Of a DNA stretch of 64,000 nt, positions 13,195 through 23,770 are shown one piece after another. Within the stretch, counting starts at the first letter, position 1; each line of letters begins with the position of its first letter. The DNA lies in NCBI GenBank assembly GCA_965178125.1, contig OZ237743.1, forward strand, positions 496,001 through 560,000. The letters run 5' to 3'. Under the pieces are notes generated by a model. It was not told the DNA's origin. It saw only the letters and a program-made list of their open reading frames with translations, and did no database searches. This DNA comes from Bilabrum cf. latius. Taxonomy: Eukaryota. The position numbers were made by a program, and so were the translations under genes.

Positions 13195-16100
13195 TCACGC
13201 CGAGTATTCATTGATGTACTCCCGGTGCATGTCAAAGGCAGCCGGCCAATCGATGCCATCGCTGAATCCAGCCCGGCGCGACCTGCCCCTGCGCCTGCGG
13301 GTCGCCTCTTGTTCCCGTTCCCACAGATCCCGCGCCACGGTCTTGTGCAGGAATAGGTCGTCGTGTGCCCAGGCCAGCTCGCGCACGTATCCTTTCTGCA
13401 GCAGCAGCCTGGTCACGCGCGCTCTCTGCTCCATTTCAAAGTTGTGCTCGATGGCGAGGGCACCGAACTGGAACGAGTCGAAGTCGAACTCGCGCAGAAC
13501 CTCCCACTCGAGCCCTTCAATGTCCAGGGACAGAAAGTGGATGAACGGTGGCGCGTTTGCCTCCCGCAGCACGGATTGCAGAGATTTGGCCCTGATCGTC
13601 CCCGCAGAGAAATCCCTAGTCCACTCCACCGGCGTGCCATCCTCGACCATCTTGCCGATCCCTTCCAGCAGCGACGCGTCCATGTACCGAGCCGTCGCAT
13701 TGATCTGATCTCGCATCGCGCCGGAAGGATAGAACATCGCATACTCTTTGTGCTGCTCGCACGAGGTCATGCCAGCCGCCTTCTGCTCTGCAGTGCACTC
13801 AGTGACATCGGGCGGGCCAAGCAGGGCTCGCACGGCATGGCTGCGGGGACGGAAGTGCTAGATGGACTCGATGCACTCTCGGCGAGCCTCCACCAGGACA
13901 CCGCTCCAGTTGTAGTATCGTTCCATCGCAAGCGTGTTGCTGTAGGCAAGTCCGTCAACCGCCCCCGCTTCCACAAAGAAGCCCCCCCGTAGCCCAGGGT
14001 ACACATGTTCCATCACCCAGCGGTCCTGCCAAATCTGTCCTTTCCATGCCGCAGGCGTGACCGCGCTCTTCCAGATGTGCGGGCTGCCGATCGCCCACGG
14101 AGGCACAGACAGGGGGTCGCGCGGGTCGGTCACCTGGCGGCCGGAAGCTGCAGCGGCCCTGAGCCCTTTCGCCTATGATGCCACGGTCAAGGGGTGCACC
14201 TAGCCCGGGACAAGGAAGACACCGTCCTTGGTTGGCCAGCGAGCCTGCAACGGAACCAGCGGGGGTGCCTGAGTCGCCGATGCCTTCCCGTGCTTGCATG
14301 CGTCAAAGCATCGCTACTATGACATCATGCAGCTGAGGTACTCCCCCAGCCTCGTTGCATCTACCGCCGTGCTGATGTCTTCGACACTCGGGACTCTGAG
14401 ATGCTTTGGCACGGGCTCGCCATTCAGCTGAGGTCCATCGGTGGTGGTCAGTAGCGCGTGGCACCGCTCGCTCCTCTTCCGGATAGAGATGTCTTGCATG
14501 GCGGCGTTTAGCTGCTTTGTCTTGGCCTGGTCTCCGTCAGCCTCAAGGGCTCTAGTGATGACTTGGATGGCATCAGACACGATCGAATCCCACAGCGACG
14601 GGTGCGCTAGTCCCGAGGGCTGGTGGGCAGTGAGAAGTGCGTCTGGCTGGGCAGCCTTCCTCGCGATTGAGGTCCCGAAGATCGCCAGCTCATTCGCAGC
14701 TGCCACTCTTCTTGCGGCGAGCGAGCCTGCTGGTTTCAAATCACCGCGACTGGCCTTGCTCTCCGCCTCTTCAGCATCCGTGCTGTCCTTCAGCATCCGC
14801 GGGACCAGGGCCTCGTTGTCCTCCGGGGTACCGGTCCAGGCGGCCGTCGCAACGAGCGCCGCCAGTGCCCTCTCTACCCCGCTGGTGTCATCAGGGGCAA
14901 CCACGTGCTGGTGTTCACGCAAGGGATAGGATGAATACGTCTCGTAGCGTTCCATTGCGATCGTCCTGAAAAGAAGCGCGGCCGCTCCTGGGGCAGCCGT
15001 CACCCTGCTGAGGAGTCGGGCGGCAGGGTCGATTGGCCCCTGATACCGGCTGCTGGGGCTGTCCACGCCCTGCTGGATGTACTCAAAATACGACTCAATG
15101 ACGCGATCGTCCCCCACCACTCTAGTCGGGTCATTGGTCTTGCCCCCCGGCCTGGGCACGACCAGGTTGTGCTCTCCCTTGCCCTGAGATGCCCTCCTCC
15201 TCTCTAGCAGTCTGCTCTGCCTCGCGCCCCTCAGCTTGTCCCACCGCTGAGACACGATTTCACGGATGCGAGACCCAGACAGCTGCCCGTTTGCCTCCTA
15301 TGCCTCGCGCAGGGTCATCGCAAGGTCTCTGAGAGAGTCGCTGTCGCTGCGTGTCGTGCGCGTGACAGGCACAGCCGAGTCCACTAGATCAAGGAAGGCG
15401 TCAAGCGGGTTGTAAGCACCCTTGACGATTCCGATGCGGGCTGCAGATGCAAGGGCTGCAGCGAGAGGGGATGATACATTAAACACTCGGGGTCTCGAGT
15501 TGAGCACGCTCTGCATTGCGACGAGGGCGGGCCGGCGCGCGGGCCGAGAGCCTCCTTGCTGCTGTGCCTCCATGAACTGGGCGCTGAGACTGGACTGCGG
15601 GCGGTCCAGCGCCCGTCTGTACTCCGGAGACACAAGGGTTTTAGAGAATCCTGATGGATCCGCGTACTCAGGATTCGCCACATGAGACCCGTCGATGGCC
15701 TGGCCGGATTCGCTCAGCGAAGGGCCCTCCAGCTCCGGCGGAAAAACCAATGCAGGTTCCATTTCGATCATGCACGGAGTACACGAGCCATAGTGTGTGG
15801 CATGTCCAACATATGCCGAGATAGCCCACACCGGTGCAATCGGCAAGCAGCTCGCAAGCAGATTAGTCTTCGACGCTGCGCTGCACACATTCTCGTAGTC
15901 TTCGACGACCGCGTCCTTGGCTGCACGTGCAGCGCTTTCCGACAAGTCCAACGAATATCGAAATGCAGGCTGAACCGACCCGGAGAGCACGTTTCGAATT
16001 CCAACAAGCCCTGCTGCCGACTGCGATCCATGGTTCTGGGTGACCCCAGCCAGCTACTGGATCGCAGCTTGCTGTGCTAAAAACCTTCCATCCGACTGGT

Positions 16101-16284
16101 AGGTACTGTGCTATACTGCACCTGTAGCCTGGGTGGCATCATACTGATGCCAGTAGATCTCGGTATCAAAATCGTTGCTCGCAGAAGCGTGATCATTCGC
16201 ACCGGAGGCAATGATCAACTTAGCATGCGTAATTTCCTACAACAGACAAGCTGCAACAGCAACATATGATAGAATAGTACGCAT
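13195..16284 (-). CDS. Secreted/luminal FkbM-like (Methyltransf_21) SAM methyltransferase with long N-terminal region, copy 1
   Basis: Signal peptide MRTILSYVAVAACLL; GQIWQDRWV, GGFFVEAGAVDGLAYSNT, WSGVLVEA, IHFLSLDIEGLEWEVL, AIEHN. One frame with 9 TAG. Ends TGA. Confidence 0.8.
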
Positions 16285-16341
16285 GACCAGAAAATTTGTG
16301 GAATGACAGGGGTTTGTACAGGACAACACGCGCTCAATCCA

Positions 16342-16836
16342 GTTAACAGAGAGAGACGATATTGATATGAGAGTGAGAGACAATGGAGGTGTTGCACGAC
16401 GCCCGCGGCGTGAGGTGCTTGCACCTTTTAGGCTGAGGTCGCGCGCTGGGCACAGCGCTCGGGCGAGTAGACACGTCGTGGGGCGTGATTCAGGTGAGGG
16501 AAAAGGGGGGTGGGTGGAATGGAGGAAAGGTGGACCAGGTGGACAAGGTGGACGGGGTGCATGAAGCGGGAGGCACAGACAGGGCAGGAATGTGGGAAGG
16601 GGGTGGTGAGGACCGGAGGGGTTCCGGATTAGAATGGGGGTTAGGAGAGGATACAATCTCCCAATCCAGATGCCGTCATCGGAAGCATCGGCAGTCACAA
16701 ATAAGTCGGACGAGGCGCTGCAGCCGTAGGCGACAAGAGAGCGAGTTGGAGCACTCTGAATTGTGACCAAGTGTGACTGATAGCGAGACAAGAAGTGCTG
16801 TGTACAGTGTGTGATCTCAGCAATTCAATACCAGAA
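16342..16836 (-). mobile_element. 495-bp insertion with 6-bp target-site duplication AATCCA (putative non-autonomous or 5'-truncated retroelement)
   Basis: AATCCA at 16336-16341 and 16837-16842. The paralogous copy has the empty site (TTCAATCCACTGGTGCC, ~20342). Strongly pyrimidine-rich on the minus strand. Confidence 0.75.
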
Positions 16837-16897
16837 AATCCACTGGTGCCTCGGCCGCGCGTTGAATGCAATAACCGGAACTTCGTTGAAACGCCAC

Positions 16898-17139
16898 TGG
16901 CACTGGTTGGGTGATCCGATCCCCCTGATCCAAGTCACTCGTCACACAAATGCCCAAACCCCCGCCAGCCGGCCTGTGCCTCCCCCTTCTAATCCGCCGT
17001 ATCAGCCCTTTGACCCCACCACTCATCTTCTCCTCCACAACTTCCTCCCCACTTGGTGAACCGCCGCCCCCTCCTCTCTGCTTTGGCCCCCCGCCCATCC
17101 CTTGCCCTCTCTCTCTGCTCCGCAACCCCCCCGAATCCT
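16898..17139 (+). mobile_element. 242-bp C-rich filler at the duplication junction, possibly related to the 495-bp insertion
   Basis: Absent from both duplicated units. Shares short motifs with the reverse complement of 16342-16836 (CTGG(A)TTGGG.GAT, CCCC.TTCTAATCCG, CTGTGCCTCCC). Confidence 0.45.
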
Positions 17140-17200
17140 ATTCACGACCCAACGGGTCATCCTCCCTGCCATTGCCCCACAACCCACGACAAACTAATCG

Positions 17201-20200
17201 TCACGCCGAGTATTCATTGATGTACTCCCGGTGCATGTCAAAGGCAGCCGGCCAATCGATGCCATCGCTGAATCCAGCCCGGCGCGACCTGCCCCTGCGC
17301 CTGCGGGTCGCCTCTTGTTCCCGTTCCCACAGATCCCGCGCCACGGTCTTGTGCAGGAATAGGTCGTCGTGTGCCCAGGCCAGCTCGCGCACGTATCCTT
17401 TCTGCAGCAGCAGCCTGGTCACGCGCGCTCTCTGCTCCATTTCAAAGTTGTGCTCGATGGCGAGGGCACCGAACTGGAACGAGTCGAAGTCGAACTCGCG
17501 CAGAACCTCCCACTCGAGCCCTTCAATGTCCAGGGACAGAAAGTGGATGAACGGTGGCGCGTTTGCCTCCCGCAGCACGGATTGCAGAGATTTGGCCCTG
17601 ATCGTCCCCGCAGAGAAATCCCTAGTCCACTCCACCGGCGTGCCATCCTCGACCATCTTGCCGATCCCTTCCAGCAGCGACGCGTCCATGTACCGAGCCG
17701 TCGCATTGATCTGATCTCGCATCGCGCCGGAAGGATAGAACATCGCATACTCTTTGTGCTGCTCGCACGAGGTCATGCCAGCCGCCTTCTGCTCTGCAGT
17801 GCACTCAGTGACATCGGGCGGGCCAAGCAGGGCTCGCACGGCATGGCTGCGGGGACGGAAGTGCTAGATGGACTCGATGCACTCTCGGCGAGCCTCCACC
17901 AGGACACCGCTCCAGTTGTAGTATCGTTCCATCGCAAGCGTGTTGCTGTAGGCAAGGCCGTCAACCGCCCCCGCTTCCACAAAGAAGCCCCCCCGTAGCC
18001 CAGGGTACACATGTTCCATCACCCAGCGGTCCTGCCAAATCTGTCCTTTCCATGCCGCAGGCGTGACCGCGCTCTTCCAGATGTGCGGGCTGCCGATCGC
18101 CCACGGAGGCACAGACAGGGGGTCGCGCGGGTCGGTCACCTGGCGGCCGGAAGCTGCAGCGGCCCTGAGCCCTTTCGCCTATGATGCCACGGTCAAGGGG
18201 TGCACCTAGCCCGGGACAAGGAAGACACCGTCCTTGGTTGGCCAGCGAGCCTGCAACGGAACCAGCGGGGGTGCCTGAGTCGCCGATGCCTTCCCGTGCT
18301 TGCATGCGTCAAAGCATCGCTGCTATGACATCATGCAGCTGAGGTACTCCCCCAGCCTCGTTGCATCTACCGCCGTGCTGATGTTTTCGACACTCGGGAC
18401 TCTGAGATGCTTTGGCACGGGCTCGCCATTCAGCTGAGGTCCATCGGTGGTGGTCAGTAGCGCGTGGCACCGCTCGCTCCTCTTCCGGATAGAGATGTCT
18501 TGCATGGCGGCGTTTAGCTGCTTTGTCTTGGCCTGGTCTCCGTCAGCCTCAAGGGCTCTAGTGATGACTTGGATGGCATCAGACACGATCGAATCCCACA
18601 GCGACGGGTGCGCTAGTCCCGAGGGCTGGTAGGCAGTGAGAAGTGCGTCTGGCTGGGCAGCCTTCCTCGCGATTGAGGTCCCGAAGATCGCCAGCTCATT
18701 CGCAGCTGCCACTCTTCTTGCGGCGAGCGAGCCTGCTGGTTTCAAATCACCGCGGCTGGCCTTGCTCTCCGCCTCTTCAGCATCCGTGCTGTCCTTCAGC
18801 ATCCGCGGGACCAGGGCCTCGTTGTCCTCCGGGGTACCGGTCCAGGCGGCCGTCGCAACGAGCGCCGCCAGTGCCCTCTCTACCCCGCTGGTGTCATCAG
18901 GGGCAACCACGTGCTGGTGTTCACGCAAGGGATAGGATGAATACGTCTCGTAGCGTTCCATTGCGATCGTCCTGAAAAGAAGCGCGGCCGCTCCTGGGGC
19001 AGCCGTCACCCTGCTGAGGAGTCGGGCGGCAGGGTCGATTGGCCCCTGATACCGGCTGCTGGGGCTGTCCACGCCCTGCTGGATGTACTCAAAATACGAC
19101 TCAATGACGCGATCGTCCCCCACCACTCTAGTCGGGTCATTGGTCTTGCCCCCCGGCCTGGGCACGACCAGGTTGTGCTCTCCCTTGCCCTGTGATGCCC
19201 TCCTCCTCTCTAGCAGTCTGCTCTGCCTCGCGCCCCTCAGCTTGTCCCACCGCTGAGACACGATTTCACGGATGCGAGACCCAGACAACTGCCCGTTTGC
19301 CTCCTATGCCTCGCGCAGGGTCATCGCAAGGTCTCTGAGTGAGTCGCTGTCGCTGCGTGTCGTGCGCGTGACAGGCACAGCCGAGTCCACTAGATCAAGG
19401 AAGGCGTCAAGCGGGTTGTAAGCACCCTTGACGATTCCGATGCGGGCTGCAGATGCAAGGGCTGCAGCGAGAGGGGATGATACATTAAACACTCGGGGTC
19501 TCGAGTTGAGCACGCTCTGCATTGCGACGAGGGCGGGCCGGCGCGCGGGCCGAGAGCCTCCTTGCTGCTGTGCCTCCATGAACTGGGCGCTGAGACTGGA
19601 CTGCGGGCGGTCCAGCGCCCGTCTGTACTCCGGAGACACAAGGGTTTTAGAGAATCCTGATGGATCCGCGTACTCAGGATTCGCCACATGAGACCCGTCG
19701 ATGGCCTGACCGGATTCGCTCAGCGAAGGGCCCTCCAGCTCCGGCGGAAAAACCAATGCAGGTTCCATTTCGTTCATGCACGGAGTACACGAGCCATAGT
19801 GTGTGGCATGTCCAACATATGCCGAGATAGCCCACACCGGTGCAATCGGCAAGCAGCTCGCAAGCAGATTAGTCTTCGACGCTGCGCTGCACACATTCTC
19901 GTAGTCTTCGACGACCGCGTCCTTGGCTGCACGTGCAGCGCTTTCCGACAAGTCCAACGAATATCGAAATGCAGGCTGAACCGACCCGGAGAGCACGTTT
20001 CGAATTCCAACAAGCCCTGCTGCCGACTGCGATCCATGGTTCTGAGTGACCCCAGCCAGCTACTGGATCGCAGCTTGCTGTGCTAAAAACCTTCCATCCG
20101 ACTGATAGGTACTGTGCTATACTGCACCTGTAGCCTGGGTGGCATCATACTGATGCCAGTATGCGATCTCGGTATCAAAATCGCTGCTCGCAGAAGCGTG

Positions 20201-20293
20201 ATCATTCGCACCGGAGGCAATGATCAACTTAGCATGCGTAATTTCCTACAACAGACAAGCTGCAACAGCAACATATGATAGAATAGTACGCAT
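17201..20293 (-). CDS. Secreted/luminal FkbM-like methyltransferase, copy 2
   Basis: Near-identical to copy 1 at offset 4006 (4009 after a 3-nt in-frame indel near 20161). 8 in-frame TAG. Ends TGA. Confidence 0.8.
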
Positions 20294-20457
20294 GACCAGA
20301 AAATTTGTGGAATGACAGGGGTTTGTACAGGACAACACGCGTTCAATCCACTGGTGCCTCGGCCGCGCGTTGAAAGCAATAACCGGAACTTCTTTGAAAC
20401 GCCACCACGAGTCCGTTCTTGCTCTCTCCCGTGTCGCTATGCAGCATATAACGAGCT

Positions 20458-23400
20458 TCAGCTGAAGTCGCAGGAATACTTGACCGATGTTTTCCCCTTC
20501 TTTACCTTGAGCTTCTGTACAGTGATCCTGCACGCCAGTGCGCCAGATGGTTCCGACTCACCGGGTCCGGTCAAGGCACGAAAGGCCGCCGCAGTAGGCA
20601 CGTGCGTCCCGCCGCATGGACACCCGTTCGAGCTGCTTCCAATGCATACCACCCTGCACGGCCTGTCCTGCGGCAAGTGAGCGCAATCGTCGGCCCCGAG
20701 GCCCACCGCAGCCAGCGCGGCACCGTCCCTTGGATCTACGAGAAGGTCTCGAGTGAGCGCTCCTGCCTCTGCCGCGAAACTCAGCTCGCGGTTCAGCGCA
20801 TCAATGAGCGGTTTCCGCATGGGTGCGGGCACCGCCCCCTGGTACTCAACGAAAGGACCGTCTTCGAAATGATACCCCTTGCCGGGCCGGAGCCCCATGC
20901 CCCTATCAGCGGGCGCCCCCTCGATCGCCTTGCCGTCCACCGGTGGAGCCTGCAGCATGCCCAGCACGCCCATGCAATGGTCTAGCAAGTGACCCCCACT
21001 GTGCAGCAGCATGGCAGACCGCCGACGCCGCACTCCCACGCTCTGCCACACCCCGAGGTTGTCCACCAGGAGAAGTGGGAGGCAGCTGTCGATGGGGTCG
21101 CACGGTGTGGCGCTTTCGGAGCCTGGGCCTTCCAACACCCCAGCGGAAAGTAGGTCACCGCCCGCCTTGTCGCCTGTTCCGTCCATCGCCTCACTAACGC
21201 GCAGTGCCGCTTTGGCTGGCTCCATTTCCCGCACGATGGTAGGTGACTGGCACCACAGCAAGATGCAGCCAGTCAGAGCGTCATCAGCTCCTGCCCCGGG
21301 CTTGCGGGACGCCAACACCGGTAGCACCAAAGTTGTCCTGGGATCCGCACCCCCTTCAAGAGGCATGGCCACTGCAATCGCACCGACGTCAGAAGGCTGG
21401 CCCCCACCCTGTGGGTGGAAGACCGTGGCACTCAGCACCACGCAGAGCTCCGCACCATCGATTGGGCATGCGCCTGCATCCAGCAGCTTTTCGCCCTTTC
21501 CTTTAGCCAAGGAGAGCACTGTACGCGAATCCCCGCTCCCTTCTTTGACTGGTTCCGCGCGCTTGACGAGGCCGGCAGCCAGCACGCATGGAATGGCTCC
21601 CAGGCGATCATCGCCCTCGTCCTGTACAACCTCCGTGCCCTCGCTCACCCCGCTTGTGTCGTGCAAGCTTGGCACGAGGGCCAGCAGCCGCTCGCTGCTG
21701 AGACTGCCATCCGAACCAAGATCAACGCTGCAGTTGCGACCCGCCTCCATGTACACTGGCCGGGTCGACGGCAACTCCGGTGCTGCCGGACCTGCCTCGG
21801 CATCGGACGGCTCGTCTTGTGAACGGCTCGGGTCTGCTGCACCGGTGCCACTGGCAGCTGCCGTGCTACTTGCACTTGGGCTGCTTTCCGTGCTATCCAC
21901 ACGCGGGGCAGCGAGCGATGCCCCGCGGACGGCAATGCCTTTAAGGTCGTCCAGCTCTGCACGCGATAGAGCCCTCGGTACAGCATCACCTCGTATCGCC
22001 CCGGGGTACTCCGTGAGCTCCCTGCCGCGGGCCACCGCTGCCACCAACGATGCAACCGCCGTGAGGATGTCAGAATCCGTTGTAAATCGGCCGCAAGACA
22101 GCCGGATGGTGCTTGCAGCCGCGCCGTCTGGGATCTGCATGGCCTCGAGAACGTGGCTCTTCTTGACTTCAGTCGATGGGCCCGCCGCTTCCGTGGACCC
22201 CGCGGCTGCTTCAGCCTCACTGCCACGGGAAGATTCAGGTTCAGAGCTGTGGCAGGCCGCCCCTGCGCTGGCCGCGACGATATCGTGCACCGCGTGAAGC
22301 AGGCAGGAAGAACGCAGGCCAAGCAGAGCTACGCTGAGGGTGTTTGGCAGGATCTGCCCCGGTGATTTCGGGCCGTGCACCATTACGCCGGCGGCCTTCA
22401 GCTGATCCTGCGAGGGGTTTCCCAGCAGCGCTGCCATGGCTGCTTCTCCTTCGGCGGGAAATGCCGCGGGGTCCATCGAGGTGTAGTAGCTGGAGCTGGA
22501 GCTGGCCGGTCCACCCTATGAGGATGCTGCGACTGCGGCCGCAGCGGCGCGGCGGAGGGACCCGGGGGGAGGGCTGGCCTCGCGGTGGTCCTACGGGAGT
22601 ACCTTGAGCCATTCCCGGCAGCAATTGATGGCAACCTGCGCGGCGATTCGCCAAGCAGGCATTCCATCCACCTCTTGCCCCTCGCGCACTGAGCCCGAGG
22701 CGGCAGGCTGCTCCCCAAGCCCCGCCACCAGCCCACGCATCAGTGCCCAGCGAAGCCGCCTGCAGTGCCACACGTCCTTGGCGAGCTCGTCGCTCGCAAT
22801 CGCGGCGGCTTCTCCAAGGCCCGCGATGAGTGCCACGTTTTCCGTCCCCGCTCTCCGACCGTCTTCCTGCCCACCACCGAAGAAGAGCGGCCGCAGGGGC
22901 GGCTGCGGTTCGGACCCTCGCGATGGTTCGCTTCCAGCTTGCACGCCCCACTTGTGGTACAGTGCGCCAACTCCCTTGGTGCTATAGCACTTGTGACCCG
23001 CCAATGTCAGGTAGTCACAGCCAAGGGCCGCCACGTCAATCGGAGCTTTACCGAAGGCTTGGGATGCGTCGACGTGCACGGAAACTGCATGACCGGCCTC
23101 TTTCGAGCGGAGTTCTCGAACTATCTCAGATATAGGCTGCAAGGCTCCCGACTCGTTGTTTGCCAGCATGATGAAGATGCCTACTGTTTCGGGCCGCACT
23201 GCAGCCATGACCGCGTCGACTTTGACTTGCCCAGACTCGTCGCACGGGACGACAGTTACGGAATGTGCACCCTTGCTCGAGTTAACTATGTGCTCTATCG
23301 TCCTGTGAACCGCTACATGCTCTATAGAGGTCATGATGAAGTGTGAGCTGGACCGCCTCTCAGACACAACCTATGCCACCCAGGCGATCGATTCTGTGCC

Positions 23401-23631
23401 GCCAGATGTGAAAGTCAACGTTTCGCACGGACCGGTCGCTGCGTCACGAAGCAAATTTTTCACAGAGAGGCGAGCTTTGCGAATGGAGTCCTTCGGGGAT
23501 CTACCAAACGCGTGACTAGAGCTTGGATTCCCAAAGTCGCTCTGGTGATCCAGATGTGCCACAATTGCAGAGCGAACTCGAGGATCCACCGGCGTAGTGC
23601 CATTGACATCCAGATAGACTACCCCTGGCAT
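20458..23631 (-). CDS. Fusion: selenocysteine lyase/NifS-type PLP enzyme + AlaX-type aminoacyl-tRNA editing domain (~1057 aa)
   Basis: VYLDVNGTTP, FGNPSSSH, TFTSGGTES, SIEH, MLANNESG, HVDASQ, AGHK (PLP Lys), GGGQEDGRRAGTEN, ASAGAACHS (catalytic Cys), IRLSCGRFTT; then TVFHPQGGGQPSDVG, HSGGH and CPCGGTHV (AlaX Zn motifs). 3 in-frame TAG (23371, 22591, 22516). Ends TGA. Confidence 0.85.
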
Positions 23632-23770
23632 GGCTTCTGCAGTGTTTCTGTGAGGCGTCACCCGGCTGCGGCGTCCAAATCTAGATCGTGTGACGAGCGA
23701 TTGTGAACCAAGAGAGGGATGGATCAGGACAACGCAACACGCTATACGAAAACTAGACCCCATCATGAAT

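Larger units (their letters stand above)
13134..20405. repeat. Direct tandem segmental duplication: 13134-16897 and 17140-20405
   Basis: Both copies start ATTCACGACCCAACGGG and end TGAAACGCCAC. They differ by scattered SNPs, one 3-nt indel and a 495-bp insertion in copy 1. Confidence 0.95.

Noticed and set aside
20458-23631. Pyrrolysine or selenocysteine recoding linked to the SCLY-like gene
   Set aside because: TAGs are abundant and mostly in non-catalytic positions, no in-frame TGA was found, and no Pyl machinery is visible.
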